A program made the translations under genes and the position numbers. A stretch of 63,848 bases of DNA, counting the filler, from an uncultured bacterium (GTDB lineage Bacteria > Auribacterota > CAZIXI01): the NCBI GenBank assembly GCA_964543115.1. It is 5 parts of 5 records of this genome, joined end to end, with 100 filler letters (N's around TTAATTAATTAA, not from the genome) between each part and the next. Parts side by side here need not be neighbours in the genome. Positions count along the whole stretch, not along the records: positions 13,062 to 25,937 come from CAZIXI010000074.1; positions 26,038 to 38,906 come from CAZIXI010000075.1; 3 more parts are not named here. One strand, given 5' to 3'. Below are positions 19,597 through 30,900 of the stretch, one piece after another (position 1 is the first letter of the stretch; every line of letters starts with the position of its first letter). The notes below the pieces were generated by a model. It did not search any database. It was not told the DNA's origin and worked only from the letters and a program-made list of their open reading frames with translations.

Positions 19597-22500
19597 TTAG
19601 AGGCTTGAAGAAAGGGTGCGGTCTTCGTCGGGGATGGCGGTTCTCTGCCGTTCAGCTATTGATCCCAGTTCAATCAGTAACCTGCCTAGGAGATAGCCCC
19701 GGAGATTGGCGCTTTGTTCCAGGCCTTCCAGGATGCCCAAGGTGCGCAGCAACTTGGCGAATTCCACCCGGAGTGAGCCGGTAAAGGCGCGATTGTTTTT
19801 GTGCAGTAGTTCCAGGAGATTGATCCACATATCTACTATCCGCCTGGAGGCGGTTAGTTTATCAATAAAGGCAACGATGTTTTTGCGCGGGATTCTTCTT
19901 GGATCAGCATTACTAGCAGTAAGCCTTTCCAGTTGCCGTTGTATCTTCTGAATATCTCTTATGAGAATGGCTTTGATTAAATCAATAAAGGTATCCAGGT
20001 GTTCTTCGGGTATCTGCCCACCTACGGCAAAATCAATAAAGCTGACCTGTTCATCAGGGGTGACGAGAATATTAGAGGGCCAGGGATCGGCGTGGAACGT
20101 GCCGTGGTGAATTAATTGGCGGATCATGGCGGTGATTACTGTTTGAGTAGCTTTTTTGCGGATAGCGGTATCTTCTACTTCATTCAGCCTGGTGCTGGAA
20201 CTGACCAGTTCGGTAACGGCAACGCGCTGGCTGGTCCATTCCGGGAGCACTTTTGGTAATTGAATATCTTCCAGGGTTTCCCGCAGGCGGGTATATTCAC
20301 GCAGCTCCGAACGTAAATCACTTTCACCGGCCAGCATAGCCTGGTTCACATCCATGGTTTCGGCGATCAAGCCGCCGTATTTATGGCCGTAACCTGTCTG
20401 CCGGAAACGGTCTAATACCTTATTAACCAGATGCTGTTGATAGTTAATTTCCAAGGTGAATTTTGGCCGCTGAACGGAAACGGCGACTTTAGTGCCGTCC
20501 AAGAGCTCTGCTTCCCAGACGCCTTTGGAGGAGCCATAACCCAGTTCCTGGCCCAGGCCATTTTTGAGTACCTCGGCCATGGGCCGGCCCCATTCTTCTT
20601 CTAAAATTTTTACCGCTGCCAGTTTGGAAAAGGGCCGCGGGCGCCGTTGGGCGTCGCGAAAGGCCTGCCGGGCGGCTGGCGATTCCAGTCGGACGGAGAA
20701 CCACTGGGCGGTTTTATCACCGATAAAGCCGATGGTTTGCAGTAACAGAGCTAAGCGTTCATAGTTGTTCAGGCCGGTAAAGGAGATATCCAGCATCCTG
20801 GCCAGTACGCGGGCGCTGGTCAAGGGATCGGCTTCTTCCAGATAGATGGTTATCAATTGGCCTTCCGGGGAGTTTTTTTCTACTGTTTCCAGTAGCTGCC
20901 AGATTTCTTCGGCAATAAATTGTTGCTTTACCCTATGGTCAGAAAGAATTCCATCCGGCCGGCCGAGGATTTCGGTGAAGAAGCGTTTACGGTCCTCCGG
21001 ATGCAGGCGGTTAAATTCCCGGTTAAATCGGTCCGCGTTACCCAGGCTGTTTTCCGGTTCATTGAGCAGTTTATGGCGCAGAGATTTATCCATTCTGGTA
21101 TAGGAGGTGGTTTCCGCCCGGCCCTCGGTAGTGAAGTAAGAGGGGCGGGGGCCGATGTCTTTTATCCAGAGGAGAAACTCCAGTTTCTTCTCTGGTTCTA
21201 ACTGGGAGATCAGTTCCAAGTTTTTGATAAAGAGGAAACCTTCCGCTTCCTTTACCGCCTCGCCGCCAAAGCGGCTCTTCAGGGTTTCGTAGCGCAGCAG
21301 TTGTTCTTTAGAGAGTGAAACGCGAGCGAGCAGGTAATCAAGCAGTTCGTCACGATATTTGGACCGGGTATCATGATGGCGCAGGATATAGTTTATGGCC
21401 CGCTGGCAGGACTCTGCCGGAGGGCAGTCTATACCCATTCCTTTATGGCGGTCCCCCGATGAAATCGGGGGGCAGTCCCCCAATAGAATCGGGTGGGAGT
21501 GGGCCAGAATGCGCCGGATCCCTTCTTTTAATAGGGATTGCCTGTAATCAATACCGTCTTTGGAAAACTCCTGACAGAGCAGGGCGAGTTTTTCCGCGGA
21601 TAAGTTCTCCCAGTGACTGTTAACCAGGGCCATTAGTAACTCATCCCTGGTTTCATTTTCTTCCATATTATATAAAAGAAGATCCAGGTCCCGGTCAAAA
21701 CTGCTGGGGCCGAACTGCTGTTGGTGCACCTTCTTTTTCTTGCGATAAGCAGCGGCCTGTAAATCAGGGTAGCGGTAGAATCGTTTTGCGCGTTGTTTGC
21801 CGGCTTCACCCTGAGGAGACCAGTTCCTTTCTTCCTTGCTAATATTAGGAAAGCTGACCAGACGGGTTAAGGTGGTTTGGAAGCGGGGACCGGAGAAGGA
21901 GTCCAGCAGTTCTTTTGTGAAACCCAAGCTGTTGCCGATATCAATAATATCCTTATACAAATTATCGAACCATTCGTAGTTAAAGGTGTCTTCCGGGTGT
22001 TCCTCAATTTGTCGGAAAAGGTTATCGAACAACCGCTGAGTAATTTTATTAACTTTTTCTGTTAGCTCATCGTCAACCAGATTGTGGGCCTCTCCTTCTT
22101 TAATCACTTTACTGATGCCGGCAATAATCGGCAGGGAGGTCAGGGGATCATAATCAAGTTTTTCCGTGATAACCCAGTGGCCGAGGTTAATGAAAGTTTG
22201 AGTATCATAACGAAGGCTCTGCTTAAATTTGCCTGGTTCGACATAGGTTTGGTTATATTGGCGGGCCAGGGCAGCAAGGTAGGCAGCGGCAATATCTTCC
22301 TTGGCGGTTAGATTAGCGAGTTGATTAATTAAGCCCTGCTTTACTGTTTCTTCATAATAACCAATAGAAAAATAATATTTTTGTTTAAAGGATTGGTGGA
22401 ATTTCTTTTGCAGCTTGTCTGTCAGCAGGCCGGCTGCCTGAAGTTCTGAGTATAGTGTTCTGGCTTCTTCTTCCAGCACTGTTTCGGAAATGGTGCTTTT

Positions 22501-25500
22501 TAGCGATGAATAATGAGGATAGGTGATGAATTCGAGAAGCTGAAAGAGTGTTTTTGCTTTGCGCAGAGGATTCTTTTTTCTCCGGACGGATTTCCGGTAA
22601 ATATAAAGGGCAATACCAACCGGGTCCAATGAATAGCTGAGTACCTGGGCCACTGCCTCCCGTTTTTCTTTATGAATGAGGCTGATGTTGTGACGGTCAA
22701 TGAGTTCCCTTAGCGCATCGTCATAATATTGTTGAAATTTGTCCCGGATGGAGCTTTCAGAATGATATCCACGTGGCTTTTGATACTTGGAGAATGTTTC
22801 TTTATCTGTAGGTAATCCTGCCAATTGCCTTAAAAAGAGGAGATCTTGTTCCAGCGATTTTCCAAAAGAGTTTCTTTCCCGGGCCAGCTCTAAGCCAAAA
22901 CGGAATGCCGGCAGCAGCGCCTGGGCGTGGTGAATTATAAGATCACTTGTTGATGAAGGTAAATCATTTTTTCCGCTGGATCTTATTCCCTGGATTAGGC
23001 GCAGCCATTGTTGGAGATTGATTGGATAAAGTGTTTGTTGAGATAGATGATAGAGTACTTGGGCCGTGCGGGTACTTTGGGTGAGGTCAAGCGGGCGGTG
23101 AATCATTCCTAGTTCCTGATAAGCTTTTCGTAAACCGGCAAAACTCTGATAGCCAGGATCTTTGGCCACAACTTGATCAATGAGATCCAGCGGGATAAGG
23201 TCGAGGATCATTTCATCTTTTTTCAGCCAGAGCGGCCGGAATTCCTGGTAAAAATCCTGCAGTTCTTTCAGCGCGCCTACTGGATGATATTTTTTGGGGT
23301 ATTTAACTTTACTGGTTTCCCGCAGATATTCCCGGATATAGTGCAGCCAGCCGGCGATGGCCTGTTCCCGGGCTTCTTTGGGCGCGGATTCCCAGCGGCT
23401 CCTAGTTGCATCGAAAGCATGGTTTACACTCTTAGTCTTATCTTTCTCTTCCCGGACAAAACGCAAGAAACAGTCTTCTTTTTGCTGTTCCGGCAGCAGC
23501 GCCAATTGATAGGGCAGCGCCTCCCCCTGCATGTTCATCACGCGGGAGAGGTGATTGTGGTGGCCGGTTTTCAGTAAGCCGGAAGTTGCCCCGCTGGATA
23601 ATTCTCTGACGGTATGCATGTCTCTATTTAGTGTTAAGGCCTCATCCGGGGTGTAGCCCAGTTGGGTGGCAACAGCGATGGCCCGACGGTCGGCATCGTC
23701 GTCTTCCTGAGGAGCAAAGGTAAAGGTGCCCAGTTTTTTCTGGAAGATGAATTTTTTAATGAAGTTTAAGTCTGTCTTTTTTTCAAAATCTTTATTGGAT
23801 TTTATCCGCTGTAGGGTATGGGTCCAGAGCTGTTCCCGGTGGGCGATTTCGTGGGCGAGGGCGAGAATTAAACTGGATTTGCGGCGGATGGCGCGCAGGG
23901 CGCCTTCAGAGATAAAGATGAAGTTGCCATAGGTATAGAGCACCCATTCATCTGTCTGCAGCAGATGAAATTTCATTTTACGGGCCAGGGGCATCAGGGT
24001 TTTGACTTCTTCCAGGGCCTCCCGCACATCCTGGAAGGCGGACTTGTTGCGAGACATTTCCTTGTCTTTTCCTTCTTTATCTTTCAATTGCCTGAGTACC
24101 AAACGGTCCCAGAAAACATCAAGGTGGGCAATGGCCTGCTCGACGGTGGTGATTGTCCGGCGATAGCGGTGAGTGTAGTCTTCTTTCCGGGTTGCGACAA
24201 AGTCAAATGTCAGTTGTTGTGGCGGCTGTTGTTCCTTCTTTGCTGTTGCCGGATTAGTGAGTGAATTTAGTATTTCTTCGTAGGAGAGCAGGGTAGAGAT
24301 TTTTTCCAAAATGAGTTCCTCCAGGGCTGTTCCCACATCTTCGTCTTTAATCCATTCTAATAACTGGGGCAGGGCCTGCCGGCCCAGGCGGTCGGCGTAG
24401 ATCTGCAGGGCTTTTTTTCTTTCTCTCAGGGAGATGGTGTCATCATGCCGCTTGTCTTTAACCGTTCTTGTCCTGCGGCCGACAACGATTTGTTTTAAGA
24501 ACTTAACCGCCCGGGCGCGGGGGTCACTGCCAATAAGGGCTATTAATGTTTCTTTATTATCCTTTATTTCAGCGGTTCCCGCCCAATATGCTTTTGTCAT
24601 CCGGTCAATAAACTCAGAGGGGACCTGCTTGAATGTATCTTTGTATTTGCGAAATAGCAACAGGGTGACCTGGCCGGCTACCCAGGAAAAATCGCCTATT
24701 TGGGCCCGCAGTTCCCGGGAACCGGAGGCGATAATGTAATCTTTGACAAAATCCGGCATTTTAAAGGAATTATCATCTTTTCTGCTGGCGGTAAAGATTT
24801 CTAGTTCCCGTTGCCAGGCCGGGGAGAAGTCTTTTTCTTCTCTAACATCATCTTGGAAATATCCAGTGAGTACAAGGCTGAAAGACCGGCTGTGGTGACC
24901 TGAATATCTTTTTTTGCTGAAATAGCTGATGAAATTATCCCGCCGGACAAAGGAAGACGGCTCCCTGAAGGCCAGGATAAAGTAGGATACAGGTTTATAC
25001 AGATAAGGATATTTATGTTTTTTTAACAGGGCGGCGAATATTTTTGCTGTTAGCTCCAGGTGCTTTTCATCCGCTGAGCCGGCGAGGAAGAGAAAGAGGT
25101 TGGCCAGTTGGTTTTCATTATTTTTGCTGCGCTGGTAGGCGGCTTCTAAAGACCGAAAAGAGAGCCGGTGGCTTTCCGCCTGCAGTAGGGCCAGTTCATC
25201 AGGTTTGAGTTTCAGTACCAGTGCAGGCAGTTCCAGGATATCTTTTAGGGAGATACCAGCGACGCTGGGATAATCTTTTTCCTGATAAGTTATCTGCAGT
25301 TTGGAAGTTTGGGTTTTGATGATGGACCACAACACGCTGTTGTCTCTACTGGTTAGATCATTTTTTAATTCCTGCCGGTTAGCAAATATTGCTGCCAGGT
25401 CAGTAAATATATCCTCACTTTCTCGATAGATATTACCTGGTATTGTTACTCTGTGATAACCGCGGATACCCGCGGGATTTTTCAGGGAGAGGGACCAGAG

Positions 25501-25937
25501 GAGGTGAAGCTGTTGGGGATAAGAAAGATCAGCAAAGAAATAACGGTCATTCTGCCGGGCCTGTTTTTCCGCTGATTCCTGGTCCATTTTTTCCCTGTTT
25601 AGGGCCAGGTCCAGTTGATGGCGCAGGGCGTATTGTAAAAGTATAGGCTTTAAGAAAAACAGGGGTGAAATTGACAGCTGATAGTTTCCATCAGTTAGCG
25701 GCTGGGGCAGGTAATGGCGATGTTGAAATAATTCTTGCAGGGCTGAGCGCAGCCGTCTGCTGACAAATTTCTTTCCTTTTTCCTTTGTCTGATTGCGAAC
25801 TTGCCGGAGTTGCCCATTGGCAATGCTTACTTCCAGCTGAATTTCACCTGCTGGCAAGAGAGGTTCGATTACTGACAATAACTGTCCGGGATACTCTGTT
25901 TTTAATCCTTCCATATCCGCTGGTGCCAGCTTAACCT
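19597..25937 (-). CDS. Giant >2105-aa protein with M48 metallopeptidase and ABC1/UbiB atypical kinase domains, 5' truncated (giant protein B)
   Basis: Frame open to the contig end (...VKLAPAD-MEGL). LAHEIAH at 23839-23853 with downstream DADRRA...GY.P. C-terminal VAVSVQRP, HADPWPSN, IDFA. Ends ...LSSSL. Confidence 0.8.
21423..21481 (-). repeat. In-frame copy of the 10543-10623 palindromic element inside giant protein B
   Basis: Minus strand reads GGGGGACTGCCCCCCGATTTCATCGGGGGACCGCCATAAAGGAATGGGTATAGACTGCC and encodes GDCPPISSGDRHKGMGIDC. The last 22 nt are identical to 10601-10622. Confidence 0.8.
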
Positions 25938-26037
25938 NNNNNNNNNNNNNNNNNNNNNNNNNNNNNNNNNNNNNNNNNNNNTTAATTAATTAANNNNNNN
26001 NNNNNNNNNNNNNNNNNNNNNNNNNNNNNNNNNNNNN
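25938..26037. other. Artificial contig linker
   Basis: 44 N + TTAATTAATTAA + 44 N. Confidence 0.98.
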
Positions 26038-27724
26038 TCTGTTCGGGTGTAGATCTCATACCACACCCAAACATTAAAAAAAAAATAACCACGTCACCGA
26101 TCTCCACGTATGGTGTTATAATCTCCATGTGAGTGCCCACCAGATTACAGCCGTAGTCAATGGTGATAAAGTGTTCACCTTCCTCAATGTCTCCGGAAAG
26201 TGCGACATTGGTTACTACTCCAGCCGCCCAGCTTTTTACCGGTGTTCCCGGCACTAATTCAATCCAGGCATGGTCCAGACCCTCAATATGGCCGCCGCCA
26301 TGAATGCCGTAGCCGCCGATGCCGCCGTCTGCGTCAAAAAGGAAATTATCGATATCTGTTGGCAGGCTTAAGCGGAGTGTGGATGCGCCGGTAGGGAGTG
26401 TGTAGGTAATGTTGTCATAATCCGGATCCGGACCTGCCGCTAGGTATTGTTGTACTCCAATACTGTTATGTCCTCCTCCGCTCCAATACATGGCCCGTTC
26501 AGCAATTATGCCGATATCACTTTCCACCTTGGTGGAAACTTCCTTGTCAGGCATATAGCTGTTTACATTGTAACTGCGTCGGCTGTTAGCGGGTACGGAA
26601 TCTGTTACTTGTTGTGTATTACCCTCTTGATCCATAAAGGTTATCGTGCAGGTTGCCGCGCCGGTGCTGTTAGGGTTTTGTACCAGTACCCATTCGTCAT
26701 AGCCGTTGGTACAGCCTTCCGCCAGATACCAGGTGGTGCCGGTTTCCGTAGCGCCCAAGGAGCAATGGCCGCCCGAATCCCAGTACATTGCCCGCTCGGC
26801 AATAATCCCCACGTTGTTAGTGCTTTCAACTTTTGTGGAAACGTCTTTATCCGGCATATATTCATTGACGTAATAACTGCGCCGGGTGTTGGTGGGGATA
26901 GAGTCAGTCGCCTGCTGGGTGGTTCCGTCCTGGTCCATAAAAGTTATCGTTACCGCAGCACTTCGATTACTGTCAGGATTTTGTACTAATACCCAGACAT
27001 TGAAACCGCTGGTGCAGCCTTCGGCCAGGTACCAGGTGAGTGAAGTTGTACTTGCTCCCAGAGAACAATGTCCGCCTCCTTCCCAGTATATTGCCCGTTC
27101 TGTAATAATGCCGATATTGTTTGTGCTTTCCACTTTAGTGGAAACATCTTTATCCGGCATATATTCATTAACATGATAACTGCGGCGGCTGTTGGCGGGT
27201 ATATTGTCGCGAACTTCCTGAGTGTTGCCGTCCGGATCCATGAAGGTTAAGGTACAGGAAGCGGTGCTGCTAGTGTCAGGATTTTGTATAAGTACCCAGG
27301 TGTCGAATCCGTTAGTGCACCCCTCTGCCAGGTACCAGGTATTAGCAGTGGCCGTAGCTCCCCTTGAGCAGTGTCCGTCAGCGTTCCAATACATCGCCCG
27401 TTCCGCGATTACCCCTACACTGTTAGTGCTTTCAATCTTGGTGGATACGGATTGATCAGGCATATAATCATTCACATGATATGAGCGGCGGGTGTTTGCT
27501 GGGATGGTATCGGTTATCTGTTGAGTACTGCCATCCGGATCCATAAAGGTTATTGTGCACTCGGCTGAGCTGGTATTGGGATTCTGGATTAACTCCCATT
27601 CATCAAATCCGTTTGTGCACCCTTCCGCCAGGTACCAGGTGGTTTCCCCGCTGGTAGTTGTGGCCAGGGCACTTGAAGAGAAGACTACGCCCAAGAATAT
27701 CAAAAATATCCAGATATGTTTCAC
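26038..27724 (-). CDS. Secreted surface protein with four ~100-aa repeats (DUF5719-like) and an M23-like C-terminal region, 3' truncated
   Basis: Signal peptide. 4x WYLAEGCT.G...QNP...TFMD..G...RRSY.VN.YMPD..VSTK.ES...ERAMYW. Then HIEGLD...GTPVKSWAAGVV. Confidence 0.75.
26455..27643 (-). repeat. Four tandem ~300-bp intragenic repeats
   Basis: Near-identical 100-101 aa units, also visible at DNA level (for example TACCAGGT at each Trp-Tyr). Confidence 0.9.
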
Positions 27725-27725
27725 A

Positions 27726-27755
27726 AAGATATACCCCCATAAGATATACCCCCAT
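27726..27755. repeat. Perfect 15-bp tandem duplication spanning the putative RBS
   Basis: AAGATATACCCCCAT x2. On the minus strand ATGGGGGTATATCTT x2, immediately before GTG at 27724. Confidence 0.8.
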
Positions 27756-27894
27756 ATTTAATAATACCTGCAATTTTCATGCTAACTATTACATGAATAT
27801 ACATATCTGGGGTCTAATATGTTATGAATTATTACAATAGCTTAAAAGTGTACAATTGTATGATTTCTAAACATTAAAAAAATACGCTAGTCTA

Positions 27895-27923
27895 TTGACA
27901 AATGGTAAATTACAATGCATATT
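27895..27923 (+). promoter_or_regulatory. Sigma70-type promoter TTGACA-N17-CATATT, 7 nt before the ATG (leaderless candidate)
   Basis: TTGACAAAT 27895-27903, AATGCATATT 27914-27923, ATG 27931. Identical spacing to 5954-5992. The ORF-track start at 27895 is this -35 box. Confidence 0.65.
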
Positions 27924-27930
27924 GTATTAT

Positions 27931-30900
27931 ATGAGAAATACTTCGTTAAGGGCATGGTATTGGTGTGTTATTCTCTGCTGTATTTGTCAGTTGGCATTAC
28001 CGCTAGCAGCACAGTCTGTAAAATTCCACTCTAGCAGTTCCGAGCGAAGCTTGGAAGGTTTTTGTCTGGCCCCGCCCAGTGATTTTGGCAAATCTCTGCC
28101 ATCGGAAAAACAGTCAATCTTCCGTCTAATTGACTCCGTTCTGCATGAGCTCTGCTTGGGTAAAGGTGAGGATCGTTTAACTGCTGCTCAAGCTGCGGTA
28201 AATTTAGTTAAGGCCGGATTGCTAAATGCGGAAGAAATCAAATCACGGGTTCCGCGAATCTTTGAAAAACAAGAGAAACACAGTCCCGCAGACAAGGTGC
28301 AAACCGTTAAGATTGCCAAATTATTTATCGAAGAAGAAATTTTGACCACAAAAGAGATAAGGGGAAAGATAGAGTTATCACCGCTACTTTCTTGTTTACG
28401 TGTTCCGCATAGAATTTATTATACATATGATTTGTTAATGTTTGTTCTTGCGTACGGGTTGGCAACACCGAAACAGTTATCAGCTGCGGGCATCAAAGAA
28501 GAATGTGAGATGTTGCTGAAAGGTGTTAAGAAAGCAAAAATCACCTTGGGCATTATCGGTAGTGTTTATGGTGCGCTTGTCGTCTATGGCTATTTAACAG
28601 AGAGAGAGGAAATCAACAGGGCATCTTCCCATCTGCTGGACGGATTGGCCAATCCCAGTGATCTGCTTGCTGCGTATTGTCAACGTTTGTGGAAAATGTT
28701 AGCAGAGAATTATCCGCATCTGCGTAATCATGCGACAATAGAATTTGTTAGGGAAAATGTAAAATCTGCGTTTACTGATAAAGCAATCAAACAGCCGGCA
28801 CAATTAAGAAGATTTGTTGATTTATCGCTTTTGCCGGGTGAAGAGGGAAAGAAATTAATTCAGCAATCTGATTGGTTTAAGAATCTTAGCGATCCGGGAG
28901 TTCCTCTTACCATGGAGGCGTTGAAAACAGCGCTTATTTTGGTTAAGGATCATTTATTGCCGGCAGAATCGGTAAGGATGCAGTTGCGGGAAAAATCAGT
29001 ATTAAACATGTTTCTGCCCTATCTGTCAGATACGGCAAATTGCAGCAAGGAGGAAAGAAAGGAGGCAAGTGACTTGTTAATCGGTCTGCAAGGCGAAAAT
29101 TTATTAAAAACTGAAGAAGGCGAGGAAGGAGATTTAAAATTTCTTCTTTTTGCTGCCTTAGAAGATAAGTATGAGCATGCCTTTGTCTTGCGGGTTATTC
29201 TTCGGGAAAGTTTGATTGATCAGAGTGAATTGGTGGAAGGTGATTTTTTGACTAGCCTTGCTGCTGGATTTGCAGGAGAAGGTGGTAGTGATGAGGAAAG
29301 CAGGCTGCGAGTAGCTCAAAATAGTTTTAAGGTTATTAAGCAACTTTTTGATGAAAAAAAGATTGATCCATCAGTGCAGGATGAGTTTTGTGAGCGGCTT
29401 TTTCAGCTTGCGCTTGTGGGTTTATCAATGCGCGGTGAGCTTGCCTGGATGCGTGGTTCTCTGGGGGGGGAATGCGGGACCTTGATTGGTTGCTTGATAG
29501 ATTGTGAATATTTAAGTAAGGAAAGAGTTCTGCAGAGTGGAGTTATACAATTATTACTGTCGCAGGAAGATCTGGCAGCTTCGACAGAGGTGTTGCGTCA
29601 ATATTGTGAAAAAGGATATTTCCAGCCGGATGATTTTATTGATCCAGCTGCCCAGCGGACTTTCCGTGCACTTTATCAAGAAGAATTAGACTATGAATTT
29701 GCACATTTCTGGTCTGCTCTTTCTTTGCGCCTGGCGGATAATCCCCGGGCCTTGCAGCAGGCCCATGCTTATTTGATTCTGCCCTTCCATGACCTTTGGC
29801 GGGATTATGCCAATTATAGTGCACAATTGGGAAACAAATATTTTGATCGTTTGGCGCAGCTGATTGTTTCTGTGGGGCAAGAAGGAAAAGAGGCCTGGAG
29901 TGTATTGAATGTAATACAGGAACTGTCCCAGGAATTACTAAATTTAAAGCGTGAGAATTTATTGTGTATTGCGCGCGGTGAAAAACCGGAACAGGTGGAG
30001 GAATTGCTGGGATTCAATGAGGAGTACCTGCAGCGGATTTGGCGTGTCCTCTCTGTGGCGGATGAGATAACCGGTGAATTACCAGGGTTGCGGGATTTGC
30101 TGGCCCAGCTTTTGTTTGGTCAATTGGCAGAGGGGAAATGGTATTACAAGGACCTTGATGATTTGCCCACAATCAGTTTGTTTATGGCTTTTCTGACAGT
30201 GGAGAATGGAGAATTAGTGATTAAGGAAAAGTATTTAGCAAAGTTACGGCCAATTTGTCCGGAAATAATCAATCGTAAGACAGTAAAAACTTTTTTTACT
30301 TGGTACATGTCCATTCCCGAGACATTGCTTAGTGTTCTCACTGCTGAAGAAGCAGCTGACCTGATTATCGCTAATCTTGATCAGTTGTTTGATAAGGCGG
30401 AAAACACAGAACCGGTAATGGAGCGGATCCTGGTTGAGTATCAACCTTATGATAGTAATTTACGCGCTAAGAAGTATCTCCGGGATAATGACAAGCGAGT
30501 AGCAGCGCTTATCACTAATTCCCGCTTGCGGGCTTACCTTCGCCGGTACCGTTTTGTGATCAAAACAAACCATTTACTTGGGCCGGCTACTAACAGCTTC
30601 ATTCACTGGGGGTATGCGGCGGAAACAGGCGGGGGCGGCAATGGTAGGGACCGTACCCGCAGTCTGCAGGTATTTTTACCAAACAAAGTGGCGGTAAAAA
30701 CAAAGTGTTTTGGCCGCGAGCGTACAGGGGATACACAATTACCGTTTTCTGTCGCTGCCTATGAGCCCGGCATGCTTCCTTCACATGCGATTGCTTTTGG
30801 AATGCCGGAATCAATGGCTGTTCAAGAGATGCAGAATATGCTTCTCTTGCAGCAAATCTGGCAACAGGTGTCTCCGCAAACCGATTTTATGCCAGTAGCA

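Noticed and set aside
26076..26085. 10-nt homopolymer as a phase-variation tract in the M23-like region
   Set aside because: It lies within 50 bp of a contig end, where homopolymer and assembly errors are likely. Cannot be supported without reads.
25900..26100. Apparent clustering of giant protein B with the repeat surface protein and giant proteins C and D
   Set aside because: B is separated from them by a linker. Only the repeat protein, C and D are truly on one contig.
26455..27643. Regular ~300-bp DNA repeats as CRISPR or satellite
   Set aside because: They are in-frame protein domain repeats.
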